This document shows, one piece after another, positions 38,182 to 53,814 of a DNA stretch of 64,000 nt. The stretch comes from the human T2T-CHM13v2.0 reference genome, Homo sapiens. The DNA lies in assembly GCF_009914755.1 (NCBI RefSeq), contig NC_060947.1. One strand, given 5' to 3'. The position numbers were made by a program, and so were the translations under genes. The notes beneath the pieces were generated by a model. That model was not told the DNA's origin, did not search any database, and saw only the letters and a list, made by a program, of their open reading frames with translations. Within the stretch, counting starts at the first letter, position 1; each line of letters begins with the position of its first letter.

Positions 38182-41100
38182 GGAGACCAGCCAATATGAT
38201 GTAGGGAGAAGAGCAAAAATGGCAGACTAGACATAGCCAGGAAGAGCTTCTCCCATCAACAGACCAGACCATTAAGAAGACTGGCACACTCTGAGCATAT
38301 CTTCGGAAGAAAGGCATTAAGAGGGGACAGAGGGAAGATGCAAAGTCAGGGGTGAAATGAGGAGGAAGCTAGGAACCCTGCACAGGGTTACTGAGCACCA
38401 GGGCTCATTCCTGGTCCTGAGTAACTCATGGAGAAGGGGTGAGTTAAATAGGCATGGAGTAGCCCACTCTCGCCATAGACCTCTGGAATCCTAACTGGGG
38501 GAGAACCCATGACACCCACAGACATTTGAGCTGGCAAGGAGAGCTTCATGGGTAGTTGGCAGGGACAGGACTTCTGCCTTTGTGGAGCACAGAGGGTTTG
38601 GCGTGAGAATGGCTACAGTGGAGCACAGCCAGGGATGCCCATCCACCAAAGCTTGCCACACTCCTCTAGGTGGCCTTGGCCTTTGTTGACTGTCCCACCT
38701 GGATGGAACAGGGACATCTTGCCTATAGGATAAGGCCAGTCTGATCTGAGTGCCCCTGGTCTGCTGGCCTTTCCCAGGGTCCCTGCCTGGCTGCACCTAC
38801 TTGCAGCACAGCATCAGATGCCAAACCAGGGCACTTCCCAGCAGCCATCACCATGTCTGCTTTACTGGCAGACCCTGCCTAGCCATCAGAGAGCTTCTGC
38901 AGAAGGATCACTACTGGGTGTACCCACACACAGCATCCTTCCACTGCTTTGCTGGCATGCATGTGGACCCAACTGACCGGCTGCCCTTCTGCTGCTGGCA
39001 TGCATACGCACAAACCCTGCAGCTGCTGCCCTGATTAAGCACTTTTGCCAGGACCTCCCAACAATGTTATTGCTGGCAGATCAGGAACATCTCAGCCCCT
39101 CCAGTCCAGCAGGTACATAAGCTTGAGGGGCGAGACAACAAAGCAGAGGGCCTGGTCTCAGCCCTCCAGGATTAGAGCACACAGCCCAGGAATGCTGAAC
39201 TAAGCCTTGGCTACCTGAAATCATCCAGAAATGAAGCCAGTTGACTGAATCCAACCTATAGCACAGTCAAACCCTAAACGGCATCAAAAGATATAAAAGC
39301 AGAAGCCCCATCCAAATGACAGCAACTTCAAAGATTAGAGGAACACCAGCCCACACAGATGAGAAAGAACCAGCTCAAGAACTCTGGAAACTCAAAAAGC
39401 CTGAGTGTTTTCTTCCATCCAAATGACTGAACTACCTCCCCAGAAATGGTTCCTAACCAGGCTGAAATGGCTGAAATGTCAGACATAGAATTCAGCATGC
39501 AGGTCATCAAGATTGTGAAGAAAGTTGAAACTCAATCCAAGGAATCTAAGGAATCCAGTAAAACATACAAGAGCTGAAAGATGAAATAGCCATTTTAAGA
39601 AAGAACCAAATTGATCTAATAGAGCTAAAAAACTCACTGTAAGAATTTTGTAATACAGAAGAAATTATTAACAGCAGAATAGAGAAAACTGAGGAAAGAT
39701 TCTCATATCTTGAAAACTGCACCTTTGAATAAACTCAGTCAGCAAAAATCTTTTTAAAAGAATAAAATAGAATGAACAAAACCCCCAAGAAATATAGGAT
39801 TATGTAAAGAGACAAAACCTATGATTCATTGGCATCTCTCAAAGAGAGGGAGAGAGAACAATCAACTTGGAAAATATATTTCAGCATATTGCCTGTGAAA
39901 ATTTCCCTAACTTCACTGGAGAGATCAACATTCAAATTCAGGAAATTTATAGAATCCCTGTGAGATACTATGCAAGACGACTATCCCCAAAACACATAGT
40001 CATCAGATTCTCAAAGGTCAACATAAAAGAAAATATATTAAACGCAGCTAGAGAAGCTAGAGAGAAGGGGCAGGTCACCTACAAAGGGAACATCATCAAG
40101 CTAATAGCACATCTTTCAGCAGAAACCCTATAAGCCAGAAGAGATTGGAGGCCCATATTCAGCATCATAAAAGAGAAAAAAAAAAAGATTTTTATATCCA
40201 GCCAAATTAAGCCTCATTAGCAAATGAGAAATTAAATCCTTTTCAGATAAGCAAATGCTAAGGGAATTCATTCCCACCAGACCTGCCTTACAAGAGGTCC
40301 TTAAAGGAGTGTTAAACACAGAAACAAAAGACTGGTATCTGCCACGACAAAAACACATTCAGGTACATAGACAATTAACACTACAAAGCAAGTCTACATA
40401 ACAACCAGTTAACAACGTGGTAACAGGATCAAATCCACACATATCAACATTAACCTTGAATGTAAATGGGCTAAATGTCCCAATTAAATGGCACAGAGTG
40501 GCAAGTTGGATAAAGAAGCAAGACTCAACTGTAATGCTGTCTTCAAGAGACCCATTTCACATGCAGTGACACTCATAGGCTCAAAGTAAAGGGATAGAGA
40601 AAAATCTACCAAGCAAACAGAAATCCAAAAAAAGCAGGAGTTGATATTCTAATTTTAGACAAAACAGACTTTGAACTGACAATGATAAGAAAAAGACAAA
40701 AAACTGCATTACATAATGGTAAAGGGTTCAATTCAACAAGAAGACTTCACTATCTTAAATATATATGCAACCAACACTGGAACAGCCAGATTCATTAAAC
40801 AAGTTCTTAGAGACCTACACACAGACTTAGATAGCCACTCAATAATAGTGAGAGACTTCAACAATCCACTGACAGTGTTAGAAAGATAATCAAGGCAGAA
40901 AACTAACAAAGACATTCAGGACCTAAACTTGACACTTAACCAAATGGACTTAGCAGATATTTACAGAACACTCCATTCAACAACAAAACACACATTTTTC
41001 TCATATAAACATGGCACAATTCCTAAACTGAACTACATTCTTAACTGTAAAGCAAATCTGAACAAATACAGAAAAACTGAAATCATACCAATGACACTTT

Positions 41101-43812
41101 TAGATCACAGTGCAATAAAAATAGAAATCAATACCAAAATATCTCTCAAAACCATACAATTACATGGAAATTAAACAATATACAAAGATATGACACACCA
41201 GAATCTCCAGGACACAGCTAAAGCAGTGTTAATAGGAAAGTTTATAGTATTAAACACCTGCATCAAAAAGTTACAAAGATTTCAAATTAACAACCTAATA
41301 GCATGGCTAGAGGAACTAGAAAAGCAAGAGTAAACTACTCCAAAGCTAGCAGAAGAAAAAAACAATAACCAAAATCAGAGTTGAATTGAAGAAAATCGAG
41401 ATTAAAAAAAACATTCAAAAGATCCATGAAACTAAAAGGCTTTCTTTGGAAGAATAAATAAGACTGAAAGACCACTAATTATACTAATAAAGAAAGAATG
41501 AGAGAAGATCCATATGAATACTATCAGAAATGACTAAGGGGATATTATCACTGACTCCACAGAAACACAAAAATCTCTCAGAGACTATTACGAGCACCTC
41601 TATGATCACAAACTAGAAAACCTGGAAGAAACTGATAAATTCCTGGAAACATACAACCTCCCAAGATTGAAAGAGGAAGAAATTGAAACCCTGAGCAAAT
41701 CAATAATGAGTTCCAAAATTCAATTAATAATAAAATACCTACTAACCAGAAAAAGCCCTGGACCAGATGTGCTCATGGCCCAATTCTACCAGATGTATAA
41801 AGAAGAGCTTGTAACAATCCTACCATCTATTCCAAAAAATGAGGAGAAGGGACTCCTCTCTAACTCATTCTATGAAGCCAGTATCATTCTGATACCAAAA
41901 CCTGGCAAAAACACAATGCAAAAAGAAAGCTTCAGCCAATATCCCTGATAAACATAGATGCAAAAATCCTTAACAAAATACTAGCACACCAAATCCAGCA
42001 ACACATCAAAAGGCTAATCCACCACAATCAACTAGGCTTTATTCCTGGGATACAAGGTTGGTTCAACATGTGCAAATTAATAAATGTGATTCATCACATA
42101 GAAATAAAAACAAAAACCACATGATCATCCCAATAGGCACAAAAACAGCTTTTGATAAAATTCAACATTCCTTCATGTTAAAACCTCAACAAACTAGGCA
42201 TCAAAGACATACTTCAAAATAATAGGAGTCACCAATGACAAACCCACAACAAACATCATACTGAATGGGCAAAAGCTGTAATCATTCCCCTTGAAAACAA
42301 GAACAAGACATGGATGTCCACTCTCACCACTCCTATTCAACACATTCACTGGAAGTTCTTGCTAGAGCAATCGGGCAAAAGAAGGAAATAGAAGACAGAC
42401 ATCCAAATAAAAGAGAGAAAGTCAGACTATCTCTCTTCATGGATGATATGATTCTATACCTAGAAAACACCATAGTTTTGGGCCACAGACTCCTAGAGCT
42501 GATAAAAAAAAAAACATCAGCAAAGTTTTAGGATACAAAATCAATGTACAAATTTCAGTAGTATTTCCGTACACCAAAAGCATCCAAGCTGAAAGCCAAA
42601 TCAAGAATGCAATCCCATTCACAATAGCCACAAAATGAATAAAACACCTAGGAATACAGCTAACCACGGAGGTAAAAGATCTCTGTCTACAACAAGAATT
42701 ATAAAACACTGCTCTAAGAAATCAGAGATGACACAAACAAATGGAAAAACTCTATGCTCATGGATAGGAAGAATCAATATTCTTAAAATGGCCATACTGA
42801 CCAAAGCAATGTACAGATTCAATGAGAAGCCCAAATAGCCAAAGAAGTCCTAAGCAAAAAGAACAAAGCCGGAGGCATCATACTGTTCTACTTCAAACTG
42901 TACTATAAGGCTACAATAACCAAAACAGTATGGCACTAGAACAAAAACAGACACATAGACCAATAGAACATGCTACAGAACCCAGAAATAAAGCTACACA
43001 CCTACAACCATGTGATATTTGACAAAGTTGACAATAACAAGCAATGGCGAAAAGTCTCCTTATTTAATAAATTGTGCTGGGATAACTGGCTAGCCATATG
43101 CAGAAGATCGAAACTATACGTTTTCTTTTCACCATATACAAAATCAACTCAAGGTAGATTAAAGACTTAAATTTAAAACCTAAAACTATAAAGACCCTTG
43201 AAGAAAACCTGGGAAATACCATTCTGGACATAGGACCTGGCAAATATTTCATGACAAAGAAATTAAAAGCAATTGCAACAAGAACAAAAATTGACAAATA
43301 ATACCTAATTAAACTGATGAGCTTCTGCACAGCAAAAGAATCAAAAATGTAAATGGACAGCCTACAGAATGGGAAAAATAATCACAAACTACACATCTGA
43401 CAAAGATCTAATTTCCATAATCTATACAGAATTCAAACAAATCAACAAGCAAGAATCAAACAACTCCATTAAAAAATGGGAAAAGGACATGAACAGACAC
43501 TTCTTCAAAGAAAACATACATGCAACCAACAGGCATATGAAAAAATGCTCAACATCACTAATCATTGGAGAAATACAAATCAAAGCCACAATGAGATAGC
43601 CATTCCGACTGGTGTGAGATGGTATTATATACTGTATAAGGTAAACTTTATACAGTGCTGGTGGGAATGTAAAGTAGTTCAGCCACTGTGATGCAATTCG
43701 TCTATGTAACAAACCTGCACATGTACTCCCTGAACCTAAAAGTTGGAAGGAAAAATAAATAAATAAAATGTATAAAAATATCCATACATTAAATAAAAAT
43801 GTAAAATTCTGA
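38182..43812 (+). mobile_element. Near-full-length old primate L1 (L1PA13-16/L1PREC2-like) with internal deletions
   Basis: GC-richer 5'UTR (~38182-39350), ORF1 remnant (atgagaaagaaccagc...), ORF2 remnants and an A-rich tail. The 11-bp TSD aaaaaatatgg lies at 38171-38181 and 43813-43823. Confidence 0.88.
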
Positions 43813-43823
43813 AAAAAATATGG

Positions 43824-43940
43824 ATTGACAGCTTTAGTCCCAGAAATACTGATTTGGTGGTCTTAATGGAACCCTGGAATTCAGGTTTCTGCAAGCCTTC
43901 TAGATGATTTTCATGATCAGCAAAGTTTGGGGATCACTAA
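43824..43940. mobile_element. MER5-like hAT DNA transposon fragment
   Basis: cccagaaatactgattt...gcaagccttctagatgatttt...agtttggggatcact. Confidence 0.45.
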
Positions 43941-44859
43941 TCTAAGATGTTAACAATTCCCTTTCACTTCCCAGTGTCTCAAAGCACCTCTCAGTTACCC
44001 CTGTCTGGTGAGTTTTCTTTGCATCTTGTTGCCTTATAATTAGTCTGTGCCTTTATGTTCAGTCCCTTTATATTGGTGCTTAAGTTGCACCATTTGCCTC
44101 TCAAATCTGTTATCCCTGGACTCCACATTCTGCAGCCTACAAGCCAGGTCTGCCCAGTCTGCGCTCAGCACAGATACTAGCTGTATGTTCTCTCAGGTTT
44201 TTAAGGAAATGCTATTTCCAGTACCTCCATTACTGGCCTTGACTTTACTCTAGCTAGAAATTACCTGAATGTAATTGCTGGAACTGAAACTGGCATTTTT
44301 GGCTCTAATATCTGCCATCATCCCTACTGCTATTTATTGCTATTTCTGCTGCAGCGACTGCCTGAGAAATGTACTGGTTATGCTAAAACCACATCCTTTC
44401 CCCTTCAGATATATTTGCATCAGTAGAACTTGAGCTCTAGGCTCACAGAGGAACACAGTGCAGGCTGTCTTTATGGTGTTTGTGCTAAAGTTGGGGGGAT
44501 GAAGAGAGGTGTCTTTCCTTTCGATAAGTGGTCTGGTCAGCTGAGACCCATTCCTAGGTTTCAAATAAGCACTGAGGAACCTGGTTGGCAGTCTTACCCA
44601 GGAAGATGGTCATTAACACTATTTAAGATTCCAGCAGGGAACACAGGACCATCATAATCAAGCTCCTTGCCCAGGATGCAATGAGTCCCAGGAAAGGAAG
44701 ATATCATGAGGTCAAAAGTATGACTAACAGTTCATTCAGACGGGCTCATTTATCTGACCACATCCAAGCACACCAGGACTTCCCTGCTACATGACACGTC
44801 GACCCACCAACTGCTAACACAATCAGAGTATTTGTCTTTTTTCTCTCAGTGCCACATAC

Positions 44860-45625
44860 ATACTTCTCCTGTTGCATTTATCACACCCTATCATAATTTT
44901 ATGTTTTCAGAGTTCTGCCTTGTCAACTACATTTAGCTTCTTGAGGGCAGGAATCATATATTGCTCATTTGTACCCACCCAGAACCCAATAAAACAACAG
45001 AACAATAAATAATTGCTGAATTGGATAAATAAAGGAAACTGTCAAGTTGTCCATTTTCTAGAATAAAATCTTATTTTAAGAGTAAGTAAGATCTTATCAC
45101 TTCCCTGTGTTAAAACCTTCTGATGGCTTCATAACATAATTTGAATAAAACTCAAGTCTTTACCAAGCCGTATAATTCCCACATGATCTGGCTTCTGCCT
45201 ACCCCTCTAATTTCATGTCCTTTCTACAGCCCATCCCAACTGGTTGTTTTTGTTTCTTTGTCTCTGGAATGTAACAAGGCCATTATCATCTCAGATTTGT
45301 CACATGTGCTATTCCCTCCACCTGGAAAGCTCTGTCTGGTGAACTCTCACTCACTCTTTATGTCTTGGCTTAAATGGCACTTCGTCAGAGAGGCATTCTC
45401 TCTGTTTTTCCTAAATCTGAATTAGGTATTACTGTTATTCTATTTCACGTCACAGTTTATAGTTAGAAATTGTATGATTATTTCTTTAATGTTTGTCTGT
45501 CTCACATGCCAGATTGCAAATATCATGAAGTAGAAATTTTTGGCCATTTTATTTACCAAGCTAACCTCTACATTAAGTACAATGGTTGGCACATAGCTGG
45601 TAATCAAAAAATGTGTTGAATAAAA
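44860..45625 (+). mobile_element. L2 3'-end fragments (about 44860-45030 and 45085-45625)
   Basis: agcttcttgagggcaggaatcat...aataaataattgctgaat, and tcacttccctgtgttaaaaccttc...ggttggcacatag...aaatgtgttgaataaa. Confidence 0.7.
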
Positions 45626-45647
45626 AGATTTTTTTTCTAGGAAAAAA

Positions 45648-48600
45648 AATGGTGGATAGGAGGCAGGACCAAATTGCAGTTCCCACTCGGGCAGACAGAG
45701 CAGCATGTGGAGACTCGCACCATGAACTTCTGGTCCAAGAACTACTGCAGGAATATACCAGGAAAGCTGAGAGAACCCACAGACCTTTTGAAGGAAGCAG
45801 ATTGCTCCTGCAGGACCCGGGAGACAGCCGGAATACTGTTAGTGCCCAAACTGTGAAAGTGAGAAAGGGGGATCATCTGCCCCCAAACACACACCCTCAC
45901 TGAGGAACCTGAAGGTCCAGATCATGGGAGAAGGATTTGACCTTACCTGGAGCTGAGACAATTTAGAGAGCCACGCAAAATACAGGGGTAGAGGAAGCAG
46001 CGGGAAGTCCTGTGGGCTCTCTGAGTCCTCAGGAAAGCCATTTCTGACTTGTCTCACAGAGGTCTTTGGGGAGGGCTGCCAGAGAAATTGGGAAAATACC
46101 ACAGGGAGAAGGAAACCCCCAGCTGAACTTTGTAACAATTCCATCCAAACGTGAAGTTTCCTGGCCAGAACTCAGGGGAAGGCATGAATCTGGTGTGCAG
46201 ATTCGACAGGTGAGGAGGCGTGAAAGCCCTGCTTGCTTTCTCAGCTGGGAAGCTGGTAGCCTGAGACAAGTTCTCAGCCTTGCTCACCCACTGTCTGGAA
46301 ACAAACTCGGTGCCATTTGTGGGAGCACGGTAGGAGTGAGACTGGCCTGTTGGGTTGCAAGGGAGCTGGGTGAGGCCTGTAACTGCTGGCTGTCCCCCAC
46401 TTCCCTGACAACCTGCATGATACAGCAGAGGCAGCCATAATCCTCCTGGAAACATGACTCCATTGACGTGGGAACCATACCTCCATCCCCCACAGCAGCC
46501 ACAGCAAGCACCACCCAAGGAGAGTCTGAGCTCAGACACACCTAACCCTGCCCCCAGCTGATGGTCCTTCCCTTCCCACCCTGGTAGCTGAAGACAAAGG
46601 TCATATTCTCTTGGGAGTTCTAGGCCCGCCCCTGGACCCCCCCCCCCCCACCACATGATCCTCTCCTGTACTACCACAACTGATGCTCTCTTGAAAGCAA
46701 CACCTCCTGGCAGGAGACCAACCAGCACAAAATTAGTGTGTTAAACAACTACAACTAAGGGTCCTCACAGAATCCATTTCACTCCGCTGCCACCTCCACT
46801 GGAGCAGGTGCAGGCATCCATGACTGAGAGACCTGAAGACAGTTCACATCACAGGACTTAGAGAAATGCAAACTGTACTGAAAAGTCTCAGCAATAGAAC
46901 AGAAAAAGCAGAAGAAAGCACTTCAGAGCTCAAAAACATAGTTTTTGAAATAACCCAATCCAACAAACACAAAGAAAAAAGAATTAAAACTAATGAACAA
47001 AGACTCCAAGAAGTTTGGGATTATGTTAAACGAACAAACCTAAGAATAATTGCCATTCCTGAGGAAGAAAAGAAATTTAAAAGTTTGGAAAGCATATTTG
47101 GGGGAATAATCAAGGAAAACTTCCCCAGCCTTGCTAGAGATCTAGACATCCAAACACAATAAGCTCAAAGAACTCCTTGGAAATTCATCACAAAAAGATC
47201 ATCACCTAGGCACATAGTCATCAGGTTATCTAAAGTGAAGACAAAGGAGAGAATCTTAAGAGCTGTGAGGCAAAAGCACCAGGTAACCTATAAAGGAAAA
47301 CCTATCAAATTAAGAGCAGATTTCTCAGCAGAAACCCTACAAGCTAGAAAGGATTGGGGCCCTCGCTTCAGCCTCCTTAAACAAAACAATTATCAGCCAA
47401 GAATTTTGTATCCAGTGAAACTAAGCTTCATAAATGAAGGAAAGATACAGTCTCTTTCAGACAAACAAATGCTGAGATAATTCACCATTACCAAGCCAGC
47501 ACTACAAGAAAAGCTAAAAGGACCTCTGAATCTTGAAACAAATCCCAGAAATATGTCAAAACAGAACCTCTTTAAAGCATGAGTCTCACAGGACCTATAA
47601 AACAAAAACACAATTAAAAAACCATGTATTCAGGCAACAAATAGCACAATGATTGGAATAGTAGCTCACATATCAATACTAATGTTGAATGTAAATGGCC
47701 TGCATGCTCCACTTAAAAGATACAGAATTGAAATGGATAAGAATTCACCAACCAAGTATCTGCTGCCCTCAAGAGACTCACCTAACAAATAAGGAGTTTG
47801 CAAATTGACACCAAAAGTGAGCAGGAGTAGCTATTCTTACATCAGACAAACAAATTTTAAAGCAACAGCAGTTACAAAAGTCAAAGAGGGACATTATATA
47901 ATGATAAAAGGCCTTGTCCAAGAGTAAAATGTCACAAACCTAAATATATATGCACCTAACACTGGAGCTCCCAAATTTATAAAACGATTACTACTAGACC
48001 TAAGAAATGAGATAGATAGTAACACAATAATAGTGAGGGACTTCAATACTCCACTGACAGCACTAGACAGGTCATCAAGACCAAGTCAACATAGAAACAA
48101 TGGATTTAAACTATACCCAAGAAAAAATGGACTTAACAGATATTTACAAAACATTCCACTCAACAAACACAGAATAAACATTCTATTTATCAGCACATGG
48201 AATTTTCTCCAAGATAGACCATATGATAGGACATAAAATAAGTCTCCATAAATTTAAGAAAATTGAAATTATATCAAGTACTCTCTCAGACCACAGTGGA
48301 ATAAAATTGTAAATCAACTCCAAAAGGAACCTTCAAAACCATGCTAATACATGGAAATTGAATAACCTGCTCATCAATAATCATTGGGTCAACAATGAAA
48401 TCAAGATGGACATTTAAAAATTATTTGAACTGAATGATAATAGTGACACAACCTATCAAAACCTCTGGGATACGGCAAAAGCAGTGCTAAGAGGAAAGTT
48501 CATAGCCTTAAATGCCTACATCAAAAAGTCTGAAAGAGCACAAATAGACAATCAAAGGTCACACCTCAAGGATCCAGAGAAATAACGGACCAAACCTAAA

Positions 48601-51415
48601 CCCAGCAGAAGAAAAGAAATAACCAAGATTAGAGCAGACTATGAAATTGAAACAAAAAAGAAACAATAAAAAGATAAATGAAACAAAAAGCCTGTTCTTT
48701 GAACAGATACACAAAATTGATAGATCATTAGCAAGATTAACCAAAAAAAGAAGAGAGAAGATCCGAATAAGCTCAATTAGAAATGAAATGGGAGATATTA
48801 CAGCTGACACCACAGAAATACAAAAGATCATTTAAAGCTAGTATGAACACCTTTACCTGCATAATCTAGAAAACCTAGAAGAGATGGATAAATTCCTGGA
48901 AACATACAACCCTCCTACCTTAAATCAGGAAGAATTAGAAACCCTGAACAGACCAATAACAAGCAGTGAGATTGAAATGTTAATTTAAAAAAATTACCAA
49001 ACAAAAAAACCATAAAAACCCAGGACCAGACCAATTCACAGCTGAATTCTATCAGACATTCAAAGTAGAATTGGTACCAATCCTATTGACACTATTTAAC
49101 AAGATAGAGAAACAGGGAATCCTCCCTAAATCATTCTATGAAGCCAGTAACACCCTAATACAAAAACCAGAAGAGGACATAACAAAAAAAGAAAACTACA
49201 GACCAATATCCATGATGAACATAGATGCAAAAATCCCTAACAAAATACTAGCTAACCAAATCCAACAGCTTATCAAAAAGGTAATCCACCATGATCAAGT
49301 GGGTTTCATACCAGGGATGCAGGGATGATTTAACACATGCAAGTCAATAAATGTGATACACCACATAAACAGAATTAAAAACAAAAATCACATGATCATC
49401 TCAATAGATGCAGAAAAAGTGTCTTTATTTATGCGGGAAGAGCACTTGACAAAATCCAGCATCCCTTTCTGATTAAAACCCTCAGCAAAGTCAGCATACC
49501 TCAATGTAATAAAAGCCATCAATGACAAACCCACAGCCAAAATAATACTAAACGGAGAAAAGTTGAAAGCATTCCCTCTGAGAACTGGAACAAGACAAGG
49601 ATGCCCATTCTCACCACTTCTATTTAACATAGTACCAGAAGTCCTAGCCAGAGCCGACACAAGAATGGAATAAAGAGCATCAAAATCGGTAAAGAGGAAG
49701 TCAAACTGTTACTGTTTGCTAATATGATCATATGCCAAGAAGACTGTAAACAAAGAGAAACACAGCCCATGCTTATAGATGGGTAGAATCAATATTGTGA
49801 AAATGACCATATTGCCAAAACCAATCAACAAATGTAATGCAATTCCCATCAATGTACCACCACCATTCTTCACAGAACTAGAAAAAGCAATCCTAAAATT
49901 CATATGGAACCAAAAAAGAGCCCACATAGCCAAAGCAAGGCTAAGCAAAAAGAACAAATCTGGTGGCATCACATTACTTGACTTCAAACTATACTATAAG
50001 GCCATAGTCACCAAAACAGCATGGTACTGGTATAAAAATAAGCACGGAGACCAATGGGACAAAATAGAGAACCCAGAAATAAACTTAAATACTTACAGCC
50101 AACTGATCTTCCACAAAGCAAGCAAAAACATAAAATGGGGAAAGGACACTCTATTCAACAAATGCTTCTGGGACAACTGGCAAGCCACATGTAGGAGAAT
50201 GAAACTCGGTCCTCATCTCTCACCTTATAGGAAAATCAACTCAACATGGATTAAGGACTTAAATCTAAGACCTGAAACTACAAAAATTCTGAAAGATGAC
50301 ATCAGAAAAAAACCTCAGACATTGGCTTAGGCAAAGCCTTTATGACTAAGAACCCAAAAGCAAATGTAACAAAAACAAAAGATAAATAGGTGGGACTTAA
50401 TTAACCTAGAGATCTGTACGGTAAAAGGGACAGTCAGTAGAGTAAACAGACAACCCACAGACTAGGAGAAAATCTTCACAAATCTATACATCTGACAAAG
50501 GACTTATATCCAGAATCTATAATGAATTAAAAAAATAGCAAGAAAAAAACAAACAATTGCATCAAAAAGTAGGCTAAGGACATGAATAGACAATTCTCAA
50601 AAGAAGATATACAAATGGCCAACAAACATGAAAAAATGCTCAACATCACTAATGATCAGGGAAATGCAAATAAAATCCACAATGTGATACCACCTAGCTC
50701 CTGAAAGGATGGCCATAATCAAAAACATAAAAAAAAAGACGTTGGCATAGATGCAGTGAAAAGGGCACACTTCTACACTGCTGGTGGGAATATAAACTAG
50801 TACAGCCACTATGGTAAATAGTGTGGAGATTCCTTAAAGAACTAAAAGTAGAACTACCATTTTATCCAGCAATCCCACTACTGGATATCTACCCAGAAAA
50901 AAAGAAGTCATTATATGAAGGAGACACTTGCACACGCATGTTTATAGCAGCACAACTCACAATTGCAAAAATATGGAACCAGCCCAAATGCCCAGCAATC
51001 AATAAGTGGATAAAGAAATTGTCGTATATACATATACTATGGAATACTACTCAGCCATAAAAGGAACAAATTAATGGCATTCTCAACAACCTGGATAGAC
51101 CTGGAGACTATCATTCTCAGTGAAGTAACTCAGGAATGGAAAACCAAACATCGTATGTTCTCACTCATAAATGGGAGCTAAACTATGAGGATGCAAAGGT
51201 GTAAGAATGATACAATGAACTTTGAGGACTCAGGGGAAAGGGTGGAAGGGAGTGAGGAATAAAAGACTACAAATGGGGTTGAGTGTATACTGCTCAGGTG
51301 ATGGGTGCACCAAAATCTCACAAATCACCACTAAAGAACTTACTCATGTAACAAAATACCACCTGTTCCCCCAAAGCCTATGGAAATAAAAAATCTAAAA
51401 AACAAAAAAAATAAA
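45648..51415 (+). mobile_element. Near-full-length L1PB-like element with internal deletions (5'UTR/ORF1 junction at ~46858; ORF2 at ~49745)
   Basis: 5'UTR atggtggataggaggcaggacc..., ORF1 remnants (46866..47480), ORF2 remnants (49071..51060), and a 3'UTR ending cctatggaaataaaaaa. Confidence 0.88.
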
Positions 51416-51891
51416 GATGGATAGGTAGGTATACAAATGGAAGGATATCCAGCATATCTGCTTTAAAGTTACCTTGATTTGGTCTTTCTTAACATTAATC
51501 ACACAGAGGAGGGATCAAACTTCTCAGAGCTCCATATCCTCAATGCTTTGTTATTCTTCCTCCCCAGCCTCCAACTCCAACCTGATAAAGGCTTGGGCCA
51601 AAAATAAACATGCTAAAATAAACAAAAAACATTTTTTTCTCTGTTGCCTGATTATTTTATGGTCCCATTTGTTTACCCTTTGAATACCTGGTAATCTATT
51701 TGATCACAAATTGTTTTATTTTTATATGTTCCAGAATCTTCTCTGCTATAGACATTAAGACATGGTTGAATAAAATTGGATGATTCAAGGTGGAGAATAA
51801 GAAGGAAAAGATAGGGTAAAGATAAAACATCTTCCTGTCACTTCAGCAAGCAGGGCCTCACATACGGTTAAATAACCTCACATAGGTTAAA

Positions 51892-52130
51892 GCAATGATT
51901 CCCAAACTTGGCTACATATTAGACTCACATGGGGAGCTTTTAAATCTTCTGATTGTCCTAGTTCCACCAGTCAAATCAGAACATCTGTGGGTAAAGTCCA
52001 AGAATCAGTGCTTTTTATTACGGTAAAATACAGGGAATCAATATTTTTTAAAGATCATCAGGGAATTCCAATGTGCATCAAAATCAGTGCACAAAATCGA
52101 ATTTAGTGCATCAAAATATGAGCACCACTG
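51892..52130. mobile_element. MER5A-like hAT-Charlie DNA transposon
   Basis: gcaatgattcccaaacttggct...cacatggggagctttt...aaatcagaac...tgagcaccactg. Confidence 0.65.
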
Positions 52131-52594
52131 TATTGAAGTCTCATGGGCATCATTGTGAGTGCTGAGGGCCCTTGGAAAAGACTGTTGTCATATGACTTCC
52201 TTGATTAGTCCTCAGGCATCCCTTCGGTCTAATTCCAGATTCAAACCTACTCTTTGGAGATTGATTTTAGGCATTAATTTAATTGGATCTCTTGGGCAGA
52301 AAGTGAAACAAAGTAGTAACAAAAGACTGCAGTCTTTCTGTTGCTATGTAGCATCCCTCTCCACCAATCAGTGATTTCGCAAATGTCCATGAACATTTCT
52401 CCGTTTTCCTAGTTAGGTGTTTGTGCAAGAGAACCCTCCTCACAGTTTTCAATGACAAATATTGGGGTTATACAAAGTACACAGACCTTCATGTCAAACA
52501 TGCTGAATTCCTTTCCTCCCTGTCCTTCCCTACTCTCTCCTCTCTTCTCCCCGCCACTCCTCTCCTCTCCATCAAAAAATAAAGTAAAACAATT

Positions 52595-53814
<1,220 letters not shown>

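Noticed and set aside
46054-46728. 224-aa minus-strand ORF and the C13 tract within it
   Set aside because: It is antisense to a GC-rich L1PB 5'UTR where stops are rare, and has no recognisable domain. The C-run is a simple homopolymer expansion.
46845-46875. Second spliced L1 at the L1PB 5'UTR/ORF1 deletion
   Set aside because: The junction (ggact|tagagaaatg) does not look like a GT-AG splice product. A microhomology-mediated deletion is more likely.
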